Source of the DNA: Desulfobacteraceae bacterium
GTDB taxonomy: Bacteria; Desulfobacterota; Desulfobacteria; Desulfobacterales; SURF-7
Direction: 5' to 3'
DNA length: 24,000 nucleotides
NCBI GenBank assembly: GCA_003599865.1
Contig: QZKS01000095.1
Location: 55,248 to 79,247 of the forward strand
The notes under the pieces are model-generated. The model was not told the origin of the DNA. It saw nothing but the letters and a program-made list of their open reading frames with translations, and searched no databases. Of this stretch, positions 1 to 8,757 are shown piece by piece. Both the position numbers and the translations under genes were made by a program. Each line of letters begins with the position of its first letter. Position 1 is the first letter of the stretch.

Positions 1-718
1 ATTTGTTTTCGCTGGTTTCACCCTCAACAACCAGTGCCGGGCAAGAGATATCCTGCAAAATCGGCCATGGATCGAATTCTCCTCCTCCTACAAAAAGGCC
101 AGCCTCGTTTTCAGGAGGGCAGGATAGTTGCAGACATCTATCTGCATTTTGAATCATTCCATGTTCAATATAAAGTTGAATCGCTTCATCATCCCATTGT
201 TGAAACATTTTTTTGGATCGCAGATAGGTTTCCGCATCCTTTTGATTTTCCCATGAATTTCGTCTTTTGATCGATTTGCTTGCCAGAGGGTGTTCCTCAA
301 TTCCAATTCGGACGTTATAAAATTCACGGGGCAAAAAAATGGGTTCAACCAGGACCATTTTTTGTGTCTTGATCCCGAATTTTGCAGTCGCAATGGTTGC
401 CAGCGTTGCCCCCATGGAATGACCCACCAGATAGGGGTTTTCGATATTCAAATGAGCACAGAAAAGTGCAAGATCCTCGGAAAGTTTGAGCCATGAGATC
501 GACTTTTGGGTTTGATCCGGTTCACGATGGGTGCAGAAATAGGGAGCGACAATCCGGTACGTATCGGAAAGCTTTCTTGCGATAGGGTGCCATTGCCAGG
601 GCTGAAAACCGGTGGCATGGGTCATGACGATCGTGGGGCCCGGATTTTCGTACAGCAGGTAGGGAATTTCCACCTCTCCAATATTTTGACGGGAAACCGT
701 TGGTTCTTTTGGGGGCAT
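1..718 (-). CDS. alpha/beta-fold hydrolase (3' end runs off the window)
   Basis: Absent from the ORF track because there is no stop codon inside the window. My minus-strand translation from the ATG at 718-716 reads MPPKEPTVSRQNIGEVEIPYLLYENPGPTIVMTHATGFQPWQWHPIARKLSDTYRIVAPYF...NPYLVGHSMGATLATIA...ALVVEGETSENK. It stays open to position 1. It contains a GHSMG nucleophile elbow (G-x-S-x-G) and an HATG oxyanion-type motif. AGGA lies about 8 nt upstream of the ATG. Confidence 0.8.
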   Translation of the reverse strand, partial: MPPKEPTVSRQNIGEVEIPYLLYENPGPTIVMTHATGFQPWQWHPIARKLSDTYRIVAPYFCTHREPDQTQKSISWLKLSEDLALFCAHLNIENPYLVGHSMGATLATIATAKFGIKTQKMVLVEPIFLPREFYNVRIGIEEHPLASKSIKRRNSWENQKDAETYLRSKKMFQQWDDEAIQLYIEHGMIQNADRCLQLSCPPENEAGLFVGGGEFDPWPILQDISCPALVVEGETSENK

Positions 719-839
719 ATGATATATCCTGTTTTCTGTTTTTGGCTCGGAACCGTTCTGTTGCATGGTAAATTTTTGTTGGTATAGTACGGCTTGAATA
801 AAAATGCAAATCGGTCTTGTGTAGGGATTTAAAAAAAAT

Positions 840-1832
840 ATGCTTCCAAATCTGTTCTTATGTCTTGCGGGATTTATCCTGCTGTATTTTTGCGCAGACT
901 GGCTCGTAAAGGGCTCATCGGCTCTGGCACGGAGTCTGGGTGTTACGCCGCTGGTGATCGGGCTGACCGTGGTTGCGTTTGGAACTTCTGCGCCGGAGCT
1001 GGTTGTCAGCCTCGTTTCTTCCATCAAGGGGAAAAGTATGATTGCCGTTGGAAATGTTGTGGGAAGCAATATCTGCAATATCGCACTGGTGCTCGGAATT
1101 TCCGCTCTTTTTCAACCCATTGTATGTCAAAAATCCGTCATCCGGAGAGACATACCCATTATGCTGGCTGCGTCCTTTGTATTGCTTGTTTTCTCCTTGA
1201 ATTCAAGGATTGGGACACTGGAAGGACTGATTTTATTTATGGGATTGATCATATATATCATCACAAGCTATCGGTTTGCCGTAAAAGCTTCCATCACGCC
1301 GATGAGCCATGAAGTCCCGTTTGCAGATACCGGAAGAGGCGGAACGCTGTTTCTTCTTGAATCCCGGCCCAGACAGATCCTGTTGATCATTGTCGGCATA
1401 TCAGGAGTGATATGCGGAGCCCAGCTTGTGGTTGACGCGGCAACAAAGATTATGCAGGTTCTCGGAGTCAATGAAAAATTTATCGGATTGACCATTGTCG
1501 CCGTGGGCACTTCCCTTCCGGAGCTTGCAACTTCCGTGGTCGCTGCTGTTCGCAAGGAGATGGATATCAGCATCGGCAACCTTGTCGGAAGCAATATTTT
1601 CAATATTCTGTGCGTAATCGGCGCGGCCGCGATTGTTCATCCTCTCCAACTTCCCGGCGGTTTCCGGGAAAGCGGACTCGTGATTGACTATTCGGTGATG
1701 ATACTGATCAGCTTGCTTCCCTGGGTGATGATGAGAAAAACATATACCATCAACCGTCTCGGCGGCGGGATACTGCTGGCGTGTTATGCCGGTTATTTTG
1801 CATATCTTCTGACTGTTGCGTTTCAATCATAG
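840..1832 (+). CDS. Ca2+/Na+ antiporter, CaCA family (YrbG-like)
   Basis: 330-aa polytopic membrane protein. It carries the two internally repeated alpha-repeat motifs GTSAPELVVS...GNVVGSNICNI and GTSLPELATS...GNLVGSNIFNI, which are characteristic of CaCA exchangers. Confidence 0.9.
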   Translation: MLPNLFLCLAGFILLYFCADWLVKGSSALARSLGVTPLVIGLTVVAFGTSAPELVVSLVSSIKGKSMIAVGNVVGSNICNIALVLGISALFQPIVCQKSVIRRDIPIMLAASFVLLVFSLNSRIGTLEGLILFMGLIIYIITSYRFAVKASITPMSHEVPFADTGRGGTLFLLESRPRQILLIIVGISGVICGAQLVVDAATKIMQVLGVNEKFIGLTIVAVGTSLPELATSVVAAVRKEMDISIGNLVGSNIFNILCVIGAAAIVHPLQLPGGFRESGLVIDYSVMILISLLPWVMMRKTYTINRLGGGILLACYAGYFAYLLTVAFQS

Positions 1833-1871
1833 GGAAAGAGGACAGATCCGGATTCCGAATCAGCTGCGCAA

Positions 1872-3104
1872 TCATCTGTTTTGAATATGTTGAATCAGTT
1901 TATCCCATCCCATCATTTGCACCTTTTTTTTCATATCCCGATACCCGTCGCCGTATAGCGGATCAGAATCTTTTTCCATGTTCTCCAGCAGAATCATTGC
2001 AAACTTCGAACCGTCCTCCTGATATACTTTCATGGTTCCCAGATTGCAAAATCCTTCTGTTTCCGGATCGGTGAGCTTGATATCCTTCTCATTCAACCAG
2101 ACATGCATGATTTCATGGGCAAGAACGCCGTTAAACTCGGATAACGGCAGGCCATTTAGAATGTATATTGACTGTTTTCGGGAAACTGTCCGGTCGTTCC
2201 GATAGGATACCATGCATGTTGTGAATCCCTTGGAGTTGGGGGTATGCCGGGATTTTGAATATTGTTTCAGATGTTCCATATCCACAACATGGACCGGAAT
2301 CGTTGTCGGAATATCGGTGATTCCGATGGAGTGCAATACGGCCAATACGGTGTTCCGGCTTTTCATCACTTCATCACTTTTTTCTACAACCGTTGGTCTG
2401 CAGAACCCGCAGATGGTTCGACCGTCTGTATAGCGGTATCCGCCTTTGGAGGTTTTATTGGAAATAATCCGCATGCAGGAACTGCAAGCGATAGTCCGGT
2501 TATCACCATGTTTTTCATGGGCCTGGTTTCCCCACGGGTCGATCATCATCCGGCCTTCAATGGGTCTTTGGCATACAACACATTTGTGCAGTTTGAAATT
2601 CCGGAAGCAGTCGATGTGATAATTCCGGGACTGATCTTTTGTATATTTGCTGGTAATTGGTTTGCCGCAGATGTCGCATTTGAGTCTGGTTTGCTGCAAA
2701 TGCTCTTTTAAACAGGCAGCATGAAATTTCTGATCTCCCAAAACCTGCCATTTATCACCCAGCAGCTTCCCGCACCGTGCACAAACGAGACCCATTGTTT
2801 TTTTGTAACAATCCGGATGATAAAAATCTTTATCTTTATGCTGAAATGATCCGGTGATGGGCTTGCCGCATCTGCTGCATAGAAAGCAGTCTGGATGAAA
2901 CCGATAGCCGTCGGCCTTGATGTGTCCTCCCAGAAGCGGCTTTTGGCAACGGTCGCAGAGATTCCCGCCCGTCCGGGAAGAACCTGTTGAATAATTCGGA
3001 CTGTTCCCGTTCTGGGCATAAACACGGTCAGCAGACAGTCCGGACACCAGAATGAAAACGGCTGTTGCCAATATCAATAGTCGGTTACGTGAAATACAGT
3101 CCAT
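1872..3104 (-). CDS. exported LIM-type zinc-finger protein fused to a DA1-like HExxH metallopeptidase domain
   Basis: The N-terminus MDCISRNRLLILATAVFILVSGLSADRVYA looks like a signal peptide. A LIM-like double finger follows: CDRC-x16-HPDC-x2-CSRC-x17-HPDC. Two further C-x2-C-x16-H-x2-C half fingers come next. The C-terminal domain has CSSC...CGFC, LAHEIMHVW (HExxH), TEGFC and DPLYGDGYR. These parallel the plant DA1 peptidase motifs as I recall them (LAHEMMHAW, EEGICQV, SPVYGDGFR). Confidence 0.8.
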   Translation of the reverse strand: MDCISRNRLLILATAVFILVSGLSADRVYAQNGNSPNYSTGSSRTGGNLCDRCQKPLLGGHIKADGYRFHPDCFLCSRCGKPITGSFQHKDKDFYHPDCYKKTMGLVCARCGKLLGDKWQVLGDQKFHAACLKEHLQQTRLKCDICGKPITSKYTKDQSRNYHIDCFRNFKLHKCVVCQRPIEGRMMIDPWGNQAHEKHGDNRTIACSSCMRIISNKTSKGGYRYTDGRTICGFCRPTVVEKSDEVMKSRNTVLAVLHSIGITDIPTTIPVHVVDMEHLKQYSKSRHTPNSKGFTTCMVSYRNDRTVSRKQSIYILNGLPLSEFNGVLAHEIMHVWLNEKDIKLTDPETEGFCNLGTMKVYQEDGSKFAMILLENMEKDSDPLYGDGYRDMKKKVQMMGWDKLIQHIQNR

Positions 3105-3152
3105 GATTTTTCACCACTTTATATTCCATACATGATTTCCAATGGTCTGAAA

Positions 3153-3181
3153 ACAATACGGTTGTCCGGATATCCTGTCAA
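3153..3181 (-). promoter_or_regulatory. candidate sigma70 promoter for the LIM/DA1-like gene
   Basis: On the minus strand: TTGACA (3181-3176), a 17-nt spacer, then TATTGT (3158-3153). This sits about 45 nt upstream of the ATG at 3104. GGTGA lies about 7 nt before the ATG as a possible SD. Confidence 0.35.
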
Positions 3182-3366
3182 TAGTTTGCTTTTTCTTTGC
3201 TTTTTTCTTTTGCCAGGGGTATTTTTCTTTACGATGATGATGCCGTTAACAGGTGATTTCCGCCCATCCAGCCGACTGGAAATCGGATGCCCGGTTCAGC
3301 GGATAAGACAACCGGACCACAATTGAAAACCAGACATTTATTTTAACCGGATAAAAAACGATTCAA

Positions 3367-4905
3367 ATGGGATATCGGGAAATCACCATAAAACTTCCTG
3401 TCGGATATGAGGAAGACCATCTTCAAAAACGCATTCAGCAGGAACTGAATGTTTCCGATTTTTCCTATCAGATGGAACAGAAAAGCCTGGATGCCCGAAA
3501 AAAAAGCGATATCCACTGGCTGGTCCGGGTTGCGGTATTTTCGGATCAGTTGGATGGCCAGGACCGGATTCCTGTTCCGGTCCTGGATATCCCGTTTCGA
3601 AAACGAAATCAAAAGATCGTTGTGGTGGGAAGCGGCCCGGCCGGTTTTTTTTCCGCTTTTGTTTTACAGAAGGCAGGGTTTCCGGTGACCCTTATCGAGA
3701 GAGGCTCGGATGTCGGAAAACGGTCGGCCGGCATCCGAACGTTGGAACATACCGGCAGTTTTGATCCCACCGGCAATTATGCGTTTGGTGAAGGCGGCGC
3801 AGGAACGTTTTCAGACGGGAAGCTTACGTCCAGGACCAAAAATATTTCCCGGGAAAAGCAGTTTATTATCGAAAACTATATCCGGGCCGGAGCACCTGAG
3901 GAAATCCGGTATATGGCCCATCCTCATCTCGGCAGCAACAACCTGAAAAAGATCGTTAAAAATCTGAGAAACGATTTGATTCATATCGGCGGTACGGTTC
4001 TGTTTGAAACATTTTGCCGGGATCTGAAAATCAGGGACCATCGGATCGTTTCCGTCATCACAGACTCGGAAAGCATTGATACGGACTATTGTATCCTTGC
4101 GACCGGTCAGAATGCCTATGAAACCTATCGCATGCTGATCGGCCATGGCGTTGCCTTCCGGACGAAAAATTTTGCCCTTGGCTGCAGGGTGGAGCATCCC
4201 CAGGAACTCATCAACCTCGCGCAATGGGGGCAGAAGGAACTGCCGGGCGTCAAGGCTGCGGAATACCGGCTGACAGCCAACACTCCCGGAAGCCTGCCGG
4301 TCTATACCTTCTGCATGTGCCCGGGCGGAATGATTGTCCCCGCGATGCCATATGAAGATGTAAACATCGTCAATGGCATGAGCCTGTATCTTCGGAACAA
4401 GAAATTTGCAAACGCCGCCTGTGTGGCCGGGGTCAGTATGGAAAGGCTCCTGGGAAGGGAGGCGGCACCGATGCAGGCGCTTGAATGGCTGAACAACCTG
4501 GAACATCGGTTTTACGAGTATGCCAAAGGATATCAGGCGCCTTTTTGCCGTATTCAGGATTTTATAGATCAGAAAGAAACGGCTCAAACCGTTGAATCCA
4601 GTTATCCTTTAGGCTTGAAACCGGCGGCTTTATGGGAATTGCTTCCTGCCGACATCAGCCATTCTATTCGGGAAGGACTGAAGGTTTTTTCCCGGAGAAT
4701 AAAAGGTTTTGAAACCGGTGTGATCATGGGACTGGAAAGCAAGACATCCGCTCCAATCCAGGTCATCCGTGATGAGCGGCATCTCTGCGCAGGATTTGCA
4801 AATCTGTTTATGGTCGGTGAAGGGAGCGGCCATTCCGGTGGAATCATCTCCAGCGGTGTTGACGGTATCAAGGCTGCGATGCGGATTATTGAATTATCCA
4901 ATTAA
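3367..4905 (+). CDS. FAD-dependent protein (COG2509-type NAD(P)/FAD-dependent oxidoreductase)
   Basis: 512 aa. It has a dinucleotide-binding motif VVVGSGPAGFFSAFVL. It also has the family-typical motifs FGEGGAGTFSDGKL, HPHLGSN, FCMCPGG and GEGSGHSGGIISSGVDG, and the N-terminal pattern REITIKLPxxxEE...SLDARKK. Confidence 0.85.
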   Translation: MGYREITIKLPVGYEEDHLQKRIQQELNVSDFSYQMEQKSLDARKKSDIHWLVRVAVFSDQLDGQDRIPVPVLDIPFRKRNQKIVVVGSGPAGFFSAFVLQKAGFPVTLIERGSDVGKRSAGIRTLEHTGSFDPTGNYAFGEGGAGTFSDGKLTSRTKNISREKQFIIENYIRAGAPEEIRYMAHPHLGSNNLKKIVKNLRNDLIHIGGTVLFETFCRDLKIRDHRIVSVITDSESIDTDYCILATGQNAYETYRMLIGHGVAFRTKNFALGCRVEHPQELINLAQWGQKELPGVKAAEYRLTANTPGSLPVYTFCMCPGGMIVPAMPYEDVNIVNGMSLYLRNKKFANAACVAGVSMERLLGREAAPMQALEWLNNLEHRFYEYAKGYQAPFCRIQDFIDQKETAQTVESSYPLGLKPAALWELLPADISHSIREGLKVFSRRIKGFETGVIMGLESKTSAPIQVIRDERHLCAGFANLFMVGEGSGHSGGIISSGVDGIKAAMRIIELSN

Positions 4906-4954
4906 ATAGGGCTTTCTTTGTATATCCAATTTTTTATTGATCAACCAGGAGGTC

Positions 4955-5365
4955 ATGATGGGCTTCATTTTCTACCTAAAGTTGTACCTGATCACGATCC
5001 CTATCTTTTTCGCTATTGATCTTCTCTGGCTGGGAGTGGTGGCCAGGGGGTTCTATCGCAACCAGTTGGGATTTATCCTCAGCCCTCAGGTAAAATGGAC
5101 AGCGGCAATTGCTTTTTATTTGCTCTATATCGTCGGAATTCTCATTTTTGCCGTCAGGCCGGCGGTGAGTGAAAATTCCTGGCGACAGGCTGCGATTTTA
5201 GGCGCCTTGTTCGGACTGTTTACCTATGGAACCTATGATCTGACAAACCTGGCCACCATCGAAAACTGGCCGCTTGCAGTGGTTGCCGTGGATATAGCAT
5301 GGGGAATGTGTCTGTGTACCTTGGTTTCACTCCTGAGCTTTGCCGCATCCCGCTGGATGATCTGA
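4955..5365 (+). CDS. DUF2177 family integral membrane protein
   Basis: Four predicted TM helices. Motifs DLLWLGVVARGFYR and TYDLTNLATIENWP match my recollection of DUF2177. The track start (TTG at 4937) is probably too early. AGGAGG at 4947-4952 precedes ATG ATG at 4955/4958, and 4958 has the better spacing. Confidence 0.7.
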   Translation: MMGFIFYLKLYLITIPIFFAIDLLWLGVVARGFYRNQLGFILSPQVKWTAAIAFYLLYIVGILIFAVRPAVSENSWRQAAILGALFGLFTYGTYDLTNLATIENWPLAVVAVDIAWGMCLCTLVSLLSFAASRWMI

Positions 5366-5414
5366 TAAACAGTGCCGTAAATCGGGAAGCTGTTAGAAAC
5401 GATCTTCGCTGCCA

Positions 5415-6728
5415 ATGTTCTTGAAAAACGATCAATCAAGGGGGCTACAGGTGGTTTTTAAAAGGAAAAGCAGGCCAACGGTAATCATTATCGGGGCAAA
5501 TTTTGGTGGTTTGACAGCTGTGACCACATTATTAAAACAGTTTACTGTGATTGTCGTAGACCCGACTCCCTGGTTTGAATATTTACCGGGTATTCACGAA
5601 CTTGTCTCCGGTGTCAAGACTCCTTCGCTATTAAAACTTTCCAGCCCCAAGATTGTTCGGCGTGCAGGACATCGTTTCATTAAAGACCGTGTCGTACAAA
5701 TCCTTCCGGATAAGAATCTGGTCATTATGAAGAATGGGACGTCATTGTCTTACGATTTCTGCATCGTGGCCATTGGCGGTGTAAAAAACACCTTTGGTAC
5801 GCCGGGTGCCGATACGCATGCGGTGTCATTTTCGAACATTGAAAATTGCCATTTCATCGGGAAACAACTTAAGATTCTGTCCAAAGCGAAAACCCCTTCT
5901 CATATCGTTATCGTCGGCGGGGGTATCGAAGGCATTGAAGTGCTCGGAGAGATTCTCCGCAAATTTAAGGATATAAAGCATATTCGTATCCGCCTCATTG
6001 AGAGAGAAAACCGTCTGCTCAATGAAATTCCGGCTGACATCGATTCCGAAATCCGGAAACACTGCCGTCCCTATCCGGTGGAATTCATCACCGAAGCATC
6101 TGTAAAAAAAGTTACAGGAAAGACCGTTTTTCTGACAAATGGTAAGCGGTTAAAATCTGATTTAACCATCTGGACTGCCGGGGCAAAACCACATCCTCTC
6201 TTATTGTTATCCGGATTCACCGAAACCGCTGATCAATGGGCACCGGTCTCCGGCACGCTTCAACACATTGTTCATAAAAATGTTTTTTTTGCAGGAGATG
6301 CGGCAGATGTGCCTGATGTTCACTCCAAACAGGCCTACCATGCCATTGACATGGGACATTGTGCAGCGTTGAATATTAATCGGATACACAGCGGGAAAGC
6401 ATTACAGCCATTTAAGCCAAGGCCAAAACCCATCATCGTATCGTTTGGAGATTTGGACACATATGTCATCGCAGGCGATTTTGTTCTTGCAGGGAGTGCG
6501 CTCAGCTCATTGAAGGAAGTCGTATTCCAAAAGGTCATGATGGATTTTGATCCGGCAGGGATCGCGTTGAAAGGGCTTCACTTATCAAATCGTGCTGTTC
6601 GCTCCGCACTCCCGTTAGCTCTCTCGACGACCTTCTCCCTTTCGGCGTTAAAACGTCTGGGCAAGGTTCGCCTGCTTGATAAACGGAAGGAAAAAACCAA
6701 AAGAATGAGACAAAGAAAACATGACTGA
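5415..6728 (+). CDS. NDH-2-like FAD-dependent pyridine nucleotide-disulfide oxidoreductase
   Basis: 437 aa. It has two Rossmann motifs (VIIIGANFGGLTAV and IVIVGGGIEGIEVLGE) and a FFAGDAA FAD-binding motif. The C-terminal segment is hydrophobic then strongly basic (KRKEKTKRMRQRKHD), which is consistent with membrane association. Confidence 0.8.
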   Translation: MFLKNDQSRGLQVVFKRKSRPTVIIIGANFGGLTAVTTLLKQFTVIVVDPTPWFEYLPGIHELVSGVKTPSLLKLSSPKIVRRAGHRFIKDRVVQILPDKNLVIMKNGTSLSYDFCIVAIGGVKNTFGTPGADTHAVSFSNIENCHFIGKQLKILSKAKTPSHIVIVGGGIEGIEVLGEILRKFKDIKHIRIRLIERENRLLNEIPADIDSEIRKHCRPYPVEFITEASVKKVTGKTVFLTNGKRLKSDLTIWTAGAKPHPLLLLSGFTETADQWAPVSGTLQHIVHKNVFFAGDAADVPDVHSKQAYHAIDMGHCAALNINRIHSGKALQPFKPRPKPIIVSFGDLDTYVIAGDFVLAGSALSSLKEVVFQKVMMDFDPAGIALKGLHLSNRAVRSALPLALSTTFSLSALKRLGKVRLLDKRKEKTKRMRQRKHD

Positions 6729-6973
6729 TCTTACTGCAGATGTCATCATTCGGAGAGAGATACTTACGTTTCCGGAAAGCCGAACTTTTCTTCGTCAAGC
6801 CATTCGACAGACGCAGGAGAAATATTCGTTTCGAATAGACGCTTTGGTATTGCGTAAGGAAGATGCGCTTAAAAGCATATCCTACCAGGCTGTACAAGTT
6901 AATAGCGGGTTGTCAATATTTTTTTGCCTCAACCTGACACTGCACAGGACACCAAACTACCGGCGCCTGTGGG

Positions 6974-7963
6974 TTAGCCTTGAAGAAATTTTTTAATTTT
7001 TGACTTGTCCCGGAGGATCTTGATATAGCTTTTAATGCCGTTGGCTATTTTTTTCTGGACAATCAGTTGGGTGATGTCCTCTTTGATCTCTCCAAAGGCA
7101 GGTATACGTTCGGGTTGTTTGTCCAGGACCTTGATCAGGTGAAAGCCGTATTCGGTTTCCACCACATCGCTGACTTCGTTGACTGCAAGGGAAAATGCTG
7201 CCCTGGAAAACGGTTCGACCATTTTGTTCCGGTCGAAATATCCCAGTTCCCCGCCGTTTTTTCCATTCGGGTCATCTGAAAACTTGTTGGCCAGTGCGGA
7301 AAAGCTTTCCCCCCGCTTGATCCGCTTTTTGATTTTTTCCAGTTTTTCTCTGGCTTCCTGCTTCCGGTCTGCAGGCATGCTGGGGGGGAAGGATACCAGA
7401 ATATGCTGGGCCCGAACCATTTCAGGCTGTTTGAACTGGTTTTTATTCTTTTCATAAAAGGCAATTCTTTCATCCTCTGTTGTCTGGGCCCTGCTGACAA
7501 CTTTTTCCTGAATCAGACGGCGGATCAACAGGCCGCGTTCGACCTGTAATTTCATCTCCGTTTCCGACAGGTTCACTGCCGATAATTTTTCGGCAAATGT
7601 GCTTTGGTCCGGATACATTTTTTTCATCAGCTCATATTGCTGGTCCACAATTTTTTCTTCAACAAGGAGCCCCAGTTTCCGACTCTCCTGAAACAGCAAT
7701 TCGCGATCAATGAGTTCTTCGAGGGTTTGATGGGTGATTTCCAATAATTGATCCTGCGGAAGATTGTTTTTCAGGAGTCCTTTCTTGCGCAGAACAATGG
7801 TAACATTCTGATCCAGCGTTTTTTTGCTGATCACCACATCGTTCACCACCACTGCCGCTTCATCCTCTGTTTGTTGTTCTGTTGAAGCCGGAAGTGATGT
7901 ATTGAGAAACAGCAGGATAATGATTGCCGTGATGGATTGAATCGGAAAAGATTTGCGCAGCAT
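6974..7963 (-). CDS. peptidyl-prolyl cis-trans isomerase, parvulin type (SurA/PrsA-like, exported)
   Basis: Signal-peptide-like N-terminus MLRKSFPIQSITAIIILLFLNTSLPAST. The parvulin core is present: AQHILVSF...ALANKFSDDPNGKNGGELGYFDRNKMVEPF...ETEYGFHLIKV. GGAG lies about 8 nt upstream of the ATG. Confidence 0.85.
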   Translation of the reverse strand: MLRKSFPIQSITAIIILLFLNTSLPASTEQQTEDEAAVVVNDVVISKKTLDQNVTIVLRKKGLLKNNLPQDQLLEITHQTLEELIDRELLFQESRKLGLLVEEKIVDQQYELMKKMYPDQSTFAEKLSAVNLSETEMKLQVERGLLIRRLIQEKVVSRAQTTEDERIAFYEKNKNQFKQPEMVRAQHILVSFPPSMPADRKQEAREKLEKIKKRIKRGESFSALANKFSDDPNGKNGGELGYFDRNKMVEPFSRAAFSLAVNEVSDVVETEYGFHLIKVLDKQPERIPAFGEIKEDITQLIVQKKIANGIKSYIKILRDKSKIKKFLQG

Positions 7964-8106
7964 GGAAAGACTCCGGTTAACGGTTATGTTGTTTATGAAA
8001 CAAATGTCCGGCGATGATGGTGCTTACAAGATGTGATAGATAACAAGAGATCTTGGCGGCTGCAAGCATTTATTGATGTATCGTATCCTGTCGACCTGAG
8101 GATCAT

Positions 8107-8742
8107 TCAGACGGTTTTATCCGGAAAAGGACAAAGGCTGTTCAGGTTGCAGATCCCGCACGCCGGTTTTCTGGCGGTGCAGGTCGCTCTTCCAAAATAG
8201 ATCAGAAGCAGGGAAAAATCATTCCATTCCTTTTCGGGAATCACTTCCATGAGATCAAATTCGATTCGGGTCGGGTCTTGATGGGTTGTCAGTCCCAGGC
8301 GCTGTGAAATCCTGGCAACATGGGTATCCACGACAATGGATGGAATTTGGAAGGCCGCACCCCGAACAACATTGGCGGTTTTTCTCCCAACGCCGGGAAG
8401 CCGCACCAGTTCCTCCAGTCCGGACGGAACGTTTCCCTGATGATCCCGGATCAGTGCGGTCGCACACTGTTTCAGGTTTCTGGCTTTATTCCGGTAGAAT
8501 CCTGTGGAATAGATCAATTTTTCTATTTTTTTCAAGGGGGCTTCGGCAAAGGCCTCGGCTGTCGGGAGTTCTCTGAATAATTCAGGCGTCACACTGTTTA
8601 CCTGCCGGTCTGTACACTGGGCCGACAATATGGTGGCCATCAGCAGTTCAAACGCACTGTTGTGATAGAGCTGGGTCTTGACATCCGGGTAGCTCTCTCT
8701 TAAGATCTGTCGAATTTTGCGTATACGGGTATTGTTTTTCAT
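8107..8742 (-). CDS. nth: endonuclease III (DNA glycosylase/AP lyase)
   Basis: 211 aa. Motifs: FELLMATILSAQCTDRQVN, the HhH-GPD motif LPGVGRKTANVV...VDTHV, and the C-terminal 4Fe-4S cluster ligands C-x6-C-x2-C-x5-C (CTARKPACGICNLNSLC). Confidence 0.95.
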   Translation of the reverse strand: MKNNTRIRKIRQILRESYPDVKTQLYHNSAFELLMATILSAQCTDRQVNSVTPELFRELPTAEAFAEAPLKKIEKLIYSTGFYRNKARNLKQCATALIRDHQGNVPSGLEELVRLPGVGRKTANVVRGAAFQIPSIVVDTHVARISQRLGLTTHQDPTRIEFDLMEVIPEKEWNDFSLLLIYFGRATCTARKPACGICNLNSLCPFPDKTV

Positions 8743-8757
8743 AGGATGGTCTGTACC

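Noticed and set aside
3132-3326. 64-aa hydrophobic ORF in the divergent spacer
   Set aside because: Its hydrophobicity comes from a T-rich tract (ttt/ctt codons). It has no SD, and it overlaps the candidate promoter of the LIM/DA1-like gene.
3811-4587. 258-aa minus-strand ORF
   Set aside because: It is antisense to the COG2509 FAD protein gene and has no motifs. It is a shadow ORF.
6769-6778. Perfect 10-bp palindrome TTTCCGGAAA
   Set aside because: A 10-bp perfect palindrome is expected about once per kb by chance, roughly 20 or more per window. It has no flanking extension and no repeat copy.
6721-6996. 91-aa plus-strand ORF, and a 120-aa minus-strand ORF at 6535-6897, in the 245-bp convergent spacer between the NDH-2-like gene and the PPIase gene
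   Set aside because: Neither has recognisable motifs. Codon choice is atypical for this window (cga, cgt, ata, ctt). Each overlaps the 3' end of a solid gene. A small protein or sRNA cannot be excluded, but it is not supported. I also found no convincing terminator here.
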